Positions 46,830 to 56,863 of a stretch of DNA of 64,000 nt are shown piece by piece. The notes below the pieces were generated by a model. The model did not search any database, was not told the origin of the DNA, and worked only from the letters and a program-made list of their open reading frames with translations. This DNA is from an uncultured Gemmatimonadaceae bacterium (GTDB taxonomy: Bacteria; Gemmatimonadota; Gemmatimonadetes; Gemmatimonadales; Gemmatimonadaceae): positions 128,001 to 192,000 of the forward strand of contig CAWHHI010000010.1 in NCBI GenBank assembly GCA_963829055.1, in the 5' to 3' direction. The translations under genes and the position numbers were made by a program. Within the stretch, counting starts at the first letter, position 1. Every line of letters begins with the position of its first letter.

Positions 46830-47912
46830 TCAGCCGACGACCTGCGTGAGCACGCGCTGCACGTTGCCGCCCAGCACCTTTGCGACCTCCGCCCGGGTGA
46901 ACCCCTTCGCCTGGAGCCCGTTAGCCCAAGAGGTGACCTCCGCATACGTGCTCAACACGGGCTTGAAGTTGCCATCCATGTCAGTCCCCAAGCCAACATG
47001 GTCGATCCCGACTACATCGATGAGACGCTTGGTATTGTCGACGAATTCGTCGAAGCTGGCGTTGAAGCCGCTCGGCCAGGCTCCGATCACGCCACCCGTC
47101 TTTGCTACGAGCTTCGCATGCTCCTCGCTGATGGCTCGAGCCGCCAGCGGTCGGCTGTCATCGATCTTCAGAATGCTGTGCGACAGGATGAGCGGCGCGG
47201 ACGTTTGAGACGCGACATCCCGCACGGTGTCGAAGGCCGCATGGGCCACATCGAGGACCATGCCCGCTGCCGTCGCTCGCTTGACCACGGCCTTGCCGAG
47301 CGGCGACAGCCCACCGTGTTGCCGGGGCTGGGTCTGCAGATCCCCGAGGGCGCTGGGTACGTAGTGCACGAGCTGTAGGGAGCGGACACCGTCCGCGTAC
47401 AGCTGGTCGATGCGCTCCGGCTTGCCATCCAGGAACTCGCCTCCTTCACAAGCCAGAAACGCGGCTACCTTCTGTTCGCGTTGCGCCCGAAGCAGATCGG
47501 ATGATCGCGTCGCCAGGAACGCGGGCGTCGCGGTCAAGAGTTGTCGCAGGATACTCAGCTGCCGGTGGTACTCGCGCGCGGCATCTCCAGCCGCATAGGT
47601 GCCGCGTGGAACGATGCCAGTCGGCGTGCGCTCGATCAGCGGTGCATCGGCCACGAGGCTGAAGAACGCGCCGGTCAGCTTTGCGTCGCGCATACCGGTC
47701 ACCGTCTTCAACACGGCCGCGTCGCCCGCGTACTCCGGACGTCCTTTGTCGAAGAAGGCGCCAGGATGCGCGTGCAAGTCGAACGAGACCGGCGCGCCCT
47801 GCCCCAACGCTTCACCCGCGGCGGCTGCGGCGGGCAGGAGCCTGAGACCCGCGGCGGCCACCAGGCTGTCCTGCAGAAATCGGCGGCGGTTGATCACGAT
47901 CGTTGCTGGCAT
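46830..47912 (-). CDS. Membrane dipeptidase (M19) with Tat signal
   Basis: NRRRFL; DLHAH, ACEGG, LQLVHY, DVAHA, LSHS and HVGLGTDMDG motifs. Confidence 0.9.
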   Translation of the reverse strand: MPATIVINRRRFLQDSLVAAAGLRLLPAAAAAGEALGQGAPVSFDLHAHPGAFFDKGRPEYAGDAAVLKTVTGMRDAKLTGAFFSLVADAPLIERTPTGIVPRGTYAAGDAAREYHRQLSILRQLLTATPAFLATRSSDLLRAQREQKVAAFLACEGGEFLDGKPERIDQLYADGVRSLQLVHYVPSALGDLQTQPRQHGGLSPLGKAVVKRATAAGMVLDVAHAAFDTVRDVASQTSAPLILSHSILKIDDSRPLAARAISEEHAKLVAKTGGVIGAWPSGFNASFDEFVDNTKRLIDVVGIDHVGLGTDMDGNFKPVLSTYAEVTSWANGLQAKGFTRAEVAKVLGGNVQRVLTQVVG

Positions 47913-47926
47913 TGGGTTGAAGGTGA

Positions 47927-49919
47927 CTAGCGGCTGACTTTCTTGAACACGATGTCGCGTGCCCTGCCGTTGCCGGCCTCGAACCCGGTGACATTGCCTT
48001 GCGCATCGCGGCGGAAGACGACCTGGCTCACAGGCAATGTCGCGGAGAAGCTGTCCCCGCTGGTGTGCGTCAGCGCGACCGGTCCGAAACGACGGTGCCG
48101 GATGACGAGTTGCCCGCCCTCGACACTCAGGTCATAGAATGTCTCCAGCTCCTCGCTGAAGTAGCGTCCCGCGTAGTTGGTGAGGTCCACCACCGCCGCT
48201 TTTTCTACGACGCGTTTTCCCGGGTGCTGGGCGCCGTCCTGCTGGAAGGTGATCCCCTCCACTGCTCCGTCCGCTGCCGTGTTGAACGTGATCTGCGCCG
48301 GCGCGCCGACCACTTCGAAGGTGGTCATGGACGTCGGCCGCAGCGGGAGCGCCGGCTGGCCCGGAAGCTGGAGTCGCAGCTGACCGCCCTGCAGTTCCAC
48401 AGTCAGGAGCAGGCCGCCGAGCGTCGTCATCTCGTATTTGCCGGCATAGCGCCGCAGCGTCGCGGCAGGCACGTCGACGCCCGAGGTCGCGCTCGCGGTC
48501 GCGGTCGGGCGCTGGGGCGCGGCCGTCATCTGCTCGCCGAAGAAGGCATCCGCCACCACGTTGGCGATTCCGCCCGGTACGCCCTGGTAGTTGCTGAACA
48601 CGACGTAGCCGGCGTCGAGGTCGGGGTAGTACACGAACGTGGAGCTGTGCGCGACATCGTTGCCGCCGTGCTGCCACCGCTGCAGGCCGCGGTTCGTGTC
48701 GAGGAACACGACCATAGCCGTAGTTCGATGGCTTTCCGTTGTTGAGCACGAACGACGTCGTCATCTCCTTGATGACTGCCGGCCCGCCCAGCTCCCCAGT
48801 CTTGAAATTGCGCAACCACTTTGCGACGTCGCCCGGCGTCGTGTTGATGCCGCCCGCGCCCTGCGACGCGTGGAGATCGCGCACTTCGCGGAAGCCGCCC
48901 TCACCGGCGATGTACCCGATCGATCGGCCGTGGATGATCTGGCCCGGATTCGCGCGCACCCACGTCTTCGTCATGCCCAGCGGCAGGAACACCTCGTCGC
49001 GCATCCACTCCGCGAACGGGCGGCCGGTGACTCGCTCCACCACGATGGTCGCCAGGCTGAACGCCGAGTTGTTGTAGTTGAACTCCGCGCCGGGCTCGTT
49101 CTGCAGCGTCGGCTGCCGGTTGATCACCTTGATGACTTCGTCCGGGGCGATGTAATCGCCCTCCAGCACCTGACGTCCCTCGATGATCAGCGTGTTGATG
49201 AACTCGCGGTAGCCGGTGGTGTGCGACAGCAGATGTCGCACGGTGATCTTCTTGCCGAAGTCCTTGAGCTCGGGAATGTGCTTCCGCACGTCGTCGTCCA
49301 GCGAGAGCTTCCCGCGCGACGCCAGCAGGGCGAGTGCGAACCCGGTGAACTGCTTCGACGAGGAACCGATGTTCGTCGGCGTCTCCGGCGTGAACGGCAT
49401 CCCGTACGTCAGGTCCGCGGCGCCATACGCCTTCACGAACGACAGCTTGCCGCCCTTGATCACGCCCACGACGGCTCCCGGCGTGTCCTTGTACAACTGT
49501 GCGGCGGCCTGGTCCACCTTGCCTTCCGGTGTCGTCGCCACCGGCTCGGAACGCGTGAGCTGCACACGCACCGCGCCGCCTTTGCCCGCCGTCGCCGGCG
49601 TGACCTCGATCACGTACCGGCCCGCCGTGTCCGTCGCGAACGCAAACGTCTCCGGGCCGCCTCGCCCGACGCGCGCCGCCCGCTGCACACGCTTGCCTGC
49701 CGGGCCCGTGATCGTCACCGTTGCGTCGACCCCGTCCTGATCCACTCGGCCGGCGACGAAGTGGCTTTTCGGCAAATTCAGTTCGTATCGGAGCGTACCG
49801 TCCGCTGCCAGCGTCGCGCGCACAGGCGTTCCGACCTGCAGCCGCGACGCTTGTTGAGCGTGGACGCCGCTGACGCAGAGGAGAAGGAGCGCGAAACCGC
49901 CCGTAATGCAGGCTCTCAT
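47927..49919 (-). CDS. Beta-lactamase-family serine hydrolase with accessory domains (frameshift near 48715)
   Basis: SxxK motif GSSSKQF, LLSHTTG, FNYNNS and HGG; DUF3471-like tail. Confidence 0.88.
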
Positions 49920-50151
49920 GACTGATCCTTGGAAGGCAGGACCGCCTCCAGGGAGGAGGACGGTGGTGTGATCGTGTACCATTTTGGTATACAGAATAGT
50001 CGCCGCGCAAGGACGGCTGCACCACTTCCGCGCGAGGTGCGGACCACGGTTTGTGCGATGACGATTTCGCAGGGTATTGGTGCGAGTCGCGGCCACCTCG
50101 GAAGAGAGGGGCGGACATCAGCGCTGTTCGTCGTGCACCGGTCGGTGCGCC

Positions 50152-50250
50152 GCCTAACGCCCCAGTTACGCCGCACAGGGGTCATACACGAGTGATGCGA
50201 AAGGCATCACAATGCAATGAACCCTTTGTCGGCGTCAGCGCTCGTTAGGC
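50152..50250 (-). mobile_element. Integron attC site (99 bp)
   Basis: Plus (bottom) strand: GCCTAAC-GCCCCA-GTTACGC-CG...T-CG-GCGT[C]AGC-GCTC-GTTAGGC, with R and L boxes and two extrahelical bases. Confidence 0.85.
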
Positions 50251-50323
50251 CGCCCGCGCGGGCATGGCAAGCCGGCAGCATTCATGCTATCGAAGGCCGG
50301 CGCCGGCAGGTGCACGCGGCACA

Positions 50324-50788
50324 TCAGTCCGCGCGCGTGTACGTCAGAGCCAGATCGGGTTCCCACGGCGCACCATTGCGCGACAATTCCCCGCGGCTGA
50401 CGATCGTGTGCCGGTCCGCCGCGATCGTGCCGACGAACCGCTGGGAGAAGTCCGGCGCATTGCGCCACCACTGCCATTCATTGGAGTGGATGCGCGTCTC
50501 GTACCGGCGCGAGACGCCACGCTCGTCGAAGTACAACATCGAGCACTCGCTCGTCGTATCGTCGGTACCGAAGATGGCGATACCGCTTGGAATTTCGGGT
50601 TCGTCGATTCGCGATTCCATGAGCAGGAACGCTCCGCTCGCGATCCAGCTGAACGAGGTGCGGCCGTGAAACGTCTTCCCCGGGGCGAGCGGATGTGTCC
50701 CGACCGTATTCCACGTGCCAACCAGGATGCTAAAGGGCTGAAGCAGCGGATTGGGCTTTGCGGCCTCATTGTCAGCAAACATGGCCAT
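50324..50788 (-). CDS. Gene cassette: DUF1579-like protein
   Basis: LVGTW..G.HP..YFDERGVSRRY..FSQRF.G..W..DL.LTY; bounded by attC sites with matching GGCCTAAC/GTTAGGCC ends. Confidence 0.75.
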   Translation of the reverse strand: MAMFADNEAAKPNPLLQPFSILVGTWNTVGTHPLAPGKTFHGRTSFSWIASGAFLLMESRIDEPEIPSGIAIFGTDDTTSECSMLYFDERGVSRRYETRIHSNEWQWWRNAPDFSQRFVGTIAADRHTIVSRGELSRNGAPWEPDLALTYTRAD

Positions 50789-50807
50789 GCGTACTCCGGA
50801 TGTGGTG

Positions 50808-50903
50808 GCCTAACGCTGGAGTTCAGCTGCAAGCGCGCAGGGTTGGAGCCATGCTGCCGAGAGGAGCGTCCGCGCGCTCGTCAGCTGCATCGATTCGTTA
50901 GCG
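50808..50903 (-). mobile_element. Integron attC site (96 bp)
   Basis: GCCTAAC-GCTGGA-GTTCAGC-TG-CAAGCGCGC...GCGCGCTCG-T-CA-GCTG[C]ATC-GATTC-GTTAGCG. Confidence 0.88.
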
Positions 50904-50940
50904 CGCTCGACGATGTTTGTCATTCACCCGCGGCGGTCGC

Positions 50941-51302
50941 CTAACTCCACCAGCGGCTCGCCCGCACGAAGGATCTCGACCGCACGACTCCGGCTGCCGT
51001 GACGAGCGCGCGGAGGGCGACGTTCGTCACGTTGCCGGTCGTCACCCAGACGACTTGCGGCGGCGGGCCACGGCGTCCAGCAGATCGACGAAGTCGGCGT
51101 CCTTCGTTACGACGACCGCTCCAGCGGTGCGCGCCGCGTCGAAGATCGCGGCGTCGCTCGCCCCGAGCAGCCCGAGGTCGAACGTGTGCGCCGCCTCGAT
51201 GCCAGGGACCTCGCCGCGCCACTTCGCCAGGGCCGGCGGCAGTTGCGCGTCGACCCACACGCGCAGGACCGGCCGCACCGCTCCGCCGCCGGCGCCCGAC
51301 AC
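50941..51302 (-). CDS. Cassette toxin: DUF5615 PIN-like (VapC45-type) nuclease, frameshifted
   Basis: VWVDAQLPPALA..ASDAAIFDAAR..VVVTKDADF, then PPQVVWVTTGNVTN in a second frame. Confidence 0.82.
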
Positions 51303-51522
51303 CTACGCCGCGACCGTGGGGTGATCCAGGCGCCGAGCGGCGTACTCCAGGGCGGCCGAATGTCCTCCCGCTCGAGGTACGGGAAGTCGGCCAAAATCTG
51401 GTCCGGCGTGTCGCCCGCCGCCAGCAGTTGCAGCACGTCTATCACCCGCGCCGATCCCACGATGCAGGGCGGCCGCCGCACTGCTCAGGGTTGACCGTGA
51501 TTCGGTCTAGGAGCGAGGCCAT
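51303..51522 (-). CDS. Cassette antitoxin: DUF433 protein, frameshifted
   Basis: MASLLDRITVNPEQCGGRPC..RVIDVLQLLAAG.TPDQILADFPYLEREDI..LEYAARRLDHP. Confidence 0.85.
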
Positions 51523-51594
51523 ACGAGGAGTTCGGTCGGGGACACAGGAAGATAGCCCGTCGGGAGCGTGCCTGCAGGCGGGGCTGCGCGGTCG

Positions 51595-51721
51595 CGCTAA
51601 CGCCAAGTTCAGCTGCGGAGCGCCCCGGTTGCGGGCGTCGCAGACTCGAATCTCCTACCAAGGCGACCGGCGCACAACCTGATGCCGGTCGCTCCGTCAG
51701 AATGCAACGCACGCGTTAGGC
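51595..51721 (-). mobile_element. Integron attC site (127 bp)
   Basis: CGCTAAC-GCCAA-GTTCAGC-TG-CGGAGCG..CCGG...CCGG..CGCTCCG-T-CA-GAATG[C]AAC-GCACGC-GTTAGGC. Confidence 0.82.
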
Positions 51722-52088
51722 GGCTGGTCGCAACGCTCGTGTGGGGAGCACTGAGTCGCGAACCGTATGCGTACTCCGGGCCATAACGAGTTCCTGCAAA
51801 CCGCCGGCCCGCGTCCCGGTCAACCCCGCCTCCCAACCTGGCACCACCACCCCGCGGCCACGACGAAGGTGAATGGTTCTGGCGAGGGGGTGCCGTCACT
51901 CGCTCGCCGTTCGGCAGCCGGGCTTCGAACCGGACGGTCAGCTCACAGGCGGACTGCGCGGCGGGACCGGTGCCTGTCGCTAGGTCGCGATAGTACAGCC
52001 GCGGGTGTACGCGAACTCCTTCGGCGTGACCTCCAGTCGCGCGCCCCGCACGGTTTCACGCCGGGCAGGTGCGCGCCAACGAAAGCGC

Positions 52089-52116
52089 GTCAACGTCCCG
52101 TACACGTTCCGTCAAC
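52089..52116 (-). promoter_or_regulatory. Candidate OmpR/PhoB-type operator, copy 1
   Basis: Reverse complement is GTTGACGGAAC-GTGTACGGGAC-GTTGAC (11-bp period); 25/28 identical to 54125-54152. Confidence 0.6.
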
Positions 52117-52156
52117 CAGCGTTGAGACCTCTTCGTGACCGGCGCGCGCCGAGGTA

Positions 52157-53309
52157 TTGTGGACGCATGCGGGCGGTGAATCGGTGACCGAGACCTCGGG
52201 ACGAGTCGACGGCCCGGCGGCGCTCTTCGGGCGCCGTTGGGCGCACGTCGCGTGGTGGCTGCTCGCGTGGAACGCGGCCGTGCCGATCCGGCTCGTCGGC
52301 ATGGTCATCGATTCCGCGGGCCGCCCCGGCTTCAGAGCGGGAGCGCAGATCGGGGGCCTGATCCTGGATCAGACGTCGTGGGCCGTCGCGACGTACGTGA
52401 TGTTCCGTCTCGCGCTCGTGGCCCGTCGGGCGCCGCTGCGACGGGTCGTGACGCTCCTCGGCCTGCTGGCCGTCCCGCTGATGGTGCTCAGGTACTGGGC
52501 GACGTCCTCCATCCTGCAGGCGCTCGGCCGGCCTGCGGTGCCGGTCGGCCGCATGCTCTTGTTCAATGGCCCGTTCTACTTCTTCCTGCTGATGGCCGCG
52601 GCGGCGCTGGGGCTCCTCGTGGTGTACATGCAGCGCGAGCGCGATAACGCCGTCTTTCAAGCGACCCTCCAGGGCGAGCTCGCGTCGGCACGGCTCCAGA
52701 CACTCCGGCTTCAGCTCAACCCGCACTTCCTGTTCAACGCGCTGAACTCGATCGCGAGCCTCGTGCACTCCGACGCGTCGAAGGCCGACACCGCGATTGC
52801 GGCACTCTCCTCGTTCCTCCGGGCGTCGCTCTCCGTCACGCGCGGCGAGGAGACGACGCTGGAGAACGAGCTCCGGCTCGTCGACGCCTACCTCGAGATC
52901 GAGGTGCTGCGCTTCGAGTGGCTGACGGTGGATCTCGACGTGCCGGACGCGCTGCGCTCGGCGTGTGTTCCGGCGTTCGTGCTGCAACTGCTCGTGGAGA
53001 ACGCGATCCGCCACGGGTTGGCGCCGCGCCGCACGCCGGGTCGCGTGACGATCGCCGCTCGCCTCGACGGCGATCGGCTGGTGCTCTGCGTGTCCGACGA
53101 CGGCGTGGGGTTCGGCGCGCGATCGCAGCGATCCGTCGCTCGGGATCGGGTTGCAGAACGTGCGGGCGCGGCTCGCGCAGCTGCACGGCACCGACGGCCT
53201 GCTCGCGCTCGAGTCGTCGACCCCGCGCGGCACGGTCGCGACGATACGCATCCCGTATCGCGTCTGCCCTTCCGAACCGACGCCGACTTCCGCCGCCGCC
53301 GACGCATGA
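52157..53309 (+). CDS. LytS/YehU-type sensor histidine kinase (frameshift near 53140)
   Basis: TM N-terminus; LQLNPHFLFNALNSI, TLENEL..YLEIE and LQLLVENAIRHG; tail GSGLQNVRARL..GTVATIRIP in another frame ends at TGA 53309. Confidence 0.88.
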
Positions 53310-54100
53310 CTTCCATGCGCGTGTTGATCGTGGACGACGAGCCGCTCGCGAGACAGCGGCTGCGTCACCTCCTCGACGAGATCCCGGGAACGGAGGTCGT
53401 CGGCGAATGTGGCGACGGCACCGACGCGGCGAAGGCGATCGTCGACCTCGCACCCGACGTCGTCCTCCTCGACGTGCAGATGCGCGAGATGGGAGGCTTC
53501 GCACTCGTCGAGACAATCGGCGCGAACCACATGCCGCCCGTGGTCTTCGTTACCGCGCACGACCAGTTCGCGCTTCGAGCATTCGACGTCAGCGCCGTCG
53601 ACTACCTCCTCAAGCCCGTGCAGACGCCGCAGCTCGCGCGCGCGCTGCAACGCGCCGCCGACCGGCGACGGGCGACGGATCCGGCGCTGTACGGCAACCT
53701 GCGAGCGCTGCTGGACACGGTGCGAACGATGCTCGGCGACGCCGCCGCGCCGCCAACGGTAGCGGCGCCCGCGCCAGAGCGTCCGCCGGTGCAGCCCGGC
53801 ATCGTCACGTTCTCCGACGTCGTCGTCGACCTGCGCGCCCACACCGTGCATCGCAACGGCGTCGCCGTCGCCCTGTCTCCCCGCGGCTATGCGCTCCTCG
53901 CGACGCTAGTCGTTAGGCCGGACGAGGTCATCACGCGCGAGCAGCTGCTGCGCGAGATCTGGGGGTATTCCTCGGACGTGATGTCACGCACCGTCGACAT
54001 GCACATCATGGAGCTTCGCCGGAAGCTCGAAGTCGACCCGGCGAACCCGCGCCACTTTCACACCGTGCGGAAGACCGGGTATCGCTTCACGCGAGGATAG
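53306..54100 (+). CDS. Response regulator: LytTR-type receiver with OmpR-type winged-helix output domain
   Basis: ATGA overlap with the kinase stop; VLIVDDEPLAR..FVTAHDQFALRAFDVSAVDYLLKP, then LSPRGYALL..TREQLLREIWG..SRTVDMHIMELRRKLE..TVRKTGYRF. Confidence 0.88.
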   Translation: MTSMRVLIVDDEPLARQRLRHLLDEIPGTEVVGECGDGTDAAKAIVDLAPDVVLLDVQMREMGGFALVETIGANHMPPVVFVTAHDQFALRAFDVSAVDYLLKPVQTPQLARALQRAADRRRATDPALYGNLRALLDTVRTMLGDAAAPPTVAAPAPERPPVQPGIVTFSDVVVDLRAHTVHRNGVAVALSPRGYALLATLVVRPDEVITREQLLREIWGYSSDVMSRTVDMHIMELRRKLEVDPANPRHFHTVRKTGYRFTRG

Positions 54101-54124
54101 TCGGCGATAGTCGCGGGTTCGAGC

Positions 54125-54152
54125 GTTGACGGAACATGAACGGGACGTTTAC
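54125..54152 (+). promoter_or_regulatory. Candidate OmpR/PhoB-type operator, copy 2
   Basis: GTTGACGGAAC-ATGAACGGGAC-GTTTAC, about 90 bp upstream of the aldo/keto reductase. Confidence 0.6.
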
Positions 54153-54239
54153 ACGCGTTCGTTTGCGCCGTCCGGCTCTCCGGTTCCACAATGCGTCACA
54201 GCATTGCGTGGTTTCCGGAACCCCGACCCTAACGCCTCA

Positions 54240-55234
54240 ATGGTCAACCGTCGCGAATTCCTCGGCCTCACGCTCGGCGCCGGCGCTACGCTGGCGCTCA
54301 CGCCGGAGCTGCTCCGCGCATTCAGACACTCGAGCAGCCGAGTGGAAAGCTCATTCAGCGGGCCATCCCGTCTACCGGCGAGATGCTCCCGGCCGTCGGA
54401 CTCTCGTTCAGCAACCACCCGGGGTGCGCGGATCACGCCGCGCTCACGGAGGTCCTGAAGACGTTTGCCGACAGCGGCGGCAGAGTCTTCGACGCGATGC
54501 ACGTCAACCCGGCGTCGGAGCAGTTCCACATCACGGCTGCCACGGAGCTCGGGATTCAGAACAAGCTCTTCTGGTCGACGCGAGGTACTCCCGGCAACGC
54601 CGCGCCGCAGCCCGGCGCCGCCTTCGTGAACGGGCACATCGATTCGTTGTTGGCGAGGATCAAGGCGCCGAGGATCGACCTGGTCATGCTGCCCGTGGCG
54701 GCCGATCCGACGAACCTCGCCGCCCTGAAGGAGGAGAAGAAGGCGGGGCGCGTTCGGTACATCGGCGTGCAGACGATTTCGGTGAACGTCCAGTCTGCCC
54801 AGCTCGAGGCACTCATGCGCAACGAGCCGATCGACTTCATCGGCGTCGACTACGACGTGAGCAATCGTCGCGTCGAGGACACCATCCTGCCGCTCGCCCA
54901 GGAGCGGAAGATCGGTGTGATGGCGTTCTTCCCCTTCAACAACGCTCGAGGACTCAGTTGCACTGGTGGCACGAGCCTCTTCTCGCGCGTCGCCAACAGG
55001 CCCGTTCCGGAGTGGGCCGCCGATTTCGACGCCAGGACCTGGGCGCAGTTCTTCCTCAAGTACGTCATCAGCCACCCGGCAGTCACCGTGGCGCGTACGG
55101 GGACGACCAAGGCGACGCACATGGTCGACAACCTCGGCGGCGGCATCGGCCGGCTGCCTAACGGCGCGATGCGGAAGCGGATGGCGGAGTTCATCGATGC
55201 ACTCCCACCCGCGCCTGCGCCGCAGCGTGGGTAA
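54240..55234 (+). CDS. Aldo/keto reductase with Tat signal (frameshift near 54330)
   Basis: MVNRREFLG; RAIPSTGEMLPAVGL; KKAGRVRYIG; ILPLAQERKIGV; WAQFFLKYVISHPAVT. Confidence 0.85.
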
Positions 55235-55333
55235 GCACGTCCGCCACCGCTGGAACGAAAGTAGCGCCGCGCCTAACGGGCCATCCGACGTACGTGGTGG
55301 ATCCGGCATCACTCGATACATGGGGAGGATAGT

Positions 55334-55573
55334 ATGAAGAGCGTCGTGGTCATGCCGCTTCTCGCGGCTGCGCTGTTCGCCGCCGCATGCGGAGGGGACG
55401 GCGATCCGACGGCAGTAGACACGACGGCACGCGTGCGTTTCTTCAACGCGACGACGGGAATGGCGGGCAGTGGTGGTTTCACGACGAACGGACAGTTCGC
55501 AACCGGTTCCGCACTCGCGTTCGGTCAATCCACGCAAGCGTGCGCCACGGTGAATGCCGGCTCGACATCGTAG
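55334..55573 (+). pseudogene. Truncated lipoprotein (DUF4397-like N-terminus)
   Basis: GGAGG RBS, lipobox AAAC, TARVRFFNA motif; stops after 79 aa. Confidence 0.55.
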
Positions 55574-55705
55574 CGCAGCCACGCTCAACTTGCAGGGTGG
55601 CACTGTCAACACGGTTGCGATCGTTCCGATCGAGTCGGGTGGTTTCCAGCTGATCAACATTCAGCGCTGCTAACGCAGCAAACCGAGGTTCCAATGGTTG
55701 GCTGG

Positions 55706-56863
55706 ATGAAAAGATCGGTCTCGAGCACGTGCCCACGCCGCCGTAGCTCGACGCGGATCGTCGCCGCCCTCGCCCTGGTGGTCTGCGCCGCGTGCGGCGA
55801 CAGCGGACCCGCCGCACCCGCTTCTGAGATATCGGTCGACTCTGCCTTCGTGACCGCGCTCCGCGCGCGACTCGAAGCCGTCACGCAGGCCGGCGAGTTC
55901 TCCGGCGCTGTGCTGGTCATCCGCGACGGGCGCACGCTGTTCGAGGGTGCCTACGGACTCGCCGATCGGGAGCGAGGCGTCCCGAACACGCCGCTCACGC
56001 AGTTCCGCGTCGGGTCGATGAACAAGATGATGACCGCGGTTGCGACGCTGCAGCTCGTGCAGGCCGGGACGCTGCGCCTCGACGCGCCGCTCGGCACGTA
56101 CTTGCGAGACTACCCGAACGCGGAGGTCGCGTCGACCGTGACGGCGCACCACCTGCTCACCCACACCGGCGGCACGGGCGACATCTTCGGACCGGAGTTC
56201 ATGACGCACCGGTTGGAGCTTCGCACCACGTCGGATTACCTCCGCCTCTACGGCACGCGGGGCACGCAGTTCACGCCGGGGGCGCAGTGGGTGTACAGCA
56301 ACTACGGCTTCATACTCCTCGGCGCTCTGATCGAGCAGCTGAGCGGGAATAGCTACTACGACCACGTCGCGGCGCGCGTGCTCGCGCCGGCGGGCATGAT
56401 GGCCACCGGCTTCGCGCCAGAAGACTCGCTCGTGCCCGGGCGGTCGGTCGGCTACACGCGGCTGCTGGTGCCCGGCGCGCTCGTGTCGAACGCGCCGACG
56501 CTGCCCTACCGCGGCACGCCCGCGGGGGGCGGGTACTCCACGGTGGGGGACTTCGCGCGCTTCGCCGTTGCGATTCGGGAGCGCCGACTGCTGGATTCGG
56601 CGCACACGACGCTGCTCCTCACCGGGAAGGTCGCGGTCGGCCAGGGGGTGCAGTACGCGTACGGGTTCTTCGACCACGTCGTGCGCGGCCGACGATTCGT
56701 CGGGCACAGCGGAGGTGCGGCGGGGATGAGCGGCGACCTCGAGTTCGAGCCGAACGGCGGGTACGTGATCGTCGTGCTGTCGAACTTCGACTCGGCGGCG
56801 ACACAGGTGGCGACCTTCATCCTCGATCGCCTGCCGGCCACGCCCGCGGGAGGCGGCATATGA
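55706..56863 (+). CDS. Beta-lactamase-family serine hydrolase lipoprotein
   Basis: FSGAVL, GSMNK (SxxK), LLTHTGG, YSNYG and GHSGG motifs. Confidence 0.9.
   Translation: MKRSVSSTCPRRRSSTRIVAALALVVCAACGDSGPAAPASEISVDSAFVTALRARLEAVTQAGEFSGAVLVIRDGRTLFEGAYGLADRERGVPNTPLTQFRVGSMNKMMTAVATLQLVQAGTLRLDAPLGTYLRDYPNAEVASTVTAHHLLTHTGGTGDIFGPEFMTHRLELRTTSDYLRLYGTRGTQFTPGAQWVYSNYGFILLGALIEQLSGNSYYDHVAARVLAPAGMMATGFAPEDSLVPGRSVGYTRLLVPGALVSNAPTLPYRGTPAGGGYSTVGDFARFAVAIRERRLLDSAHTTLLLTGKVAVGQGVQYAYGFFDHVVRGRRFVGHSGGAAGMSGDLEFEPNGGYVIVVLSNFDSAATQVATFILDRLPATPAGGGI

Noticed and set aside
52157..54100. Single 647-aa kinase-regulator fusion in the ORF track
   Set aside because: An indel near 53140 shifts the frame. 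The true kinase tail is in another frame and ends at a TGA overlapping the regulator ATG (53306-53309), so these are two genes.
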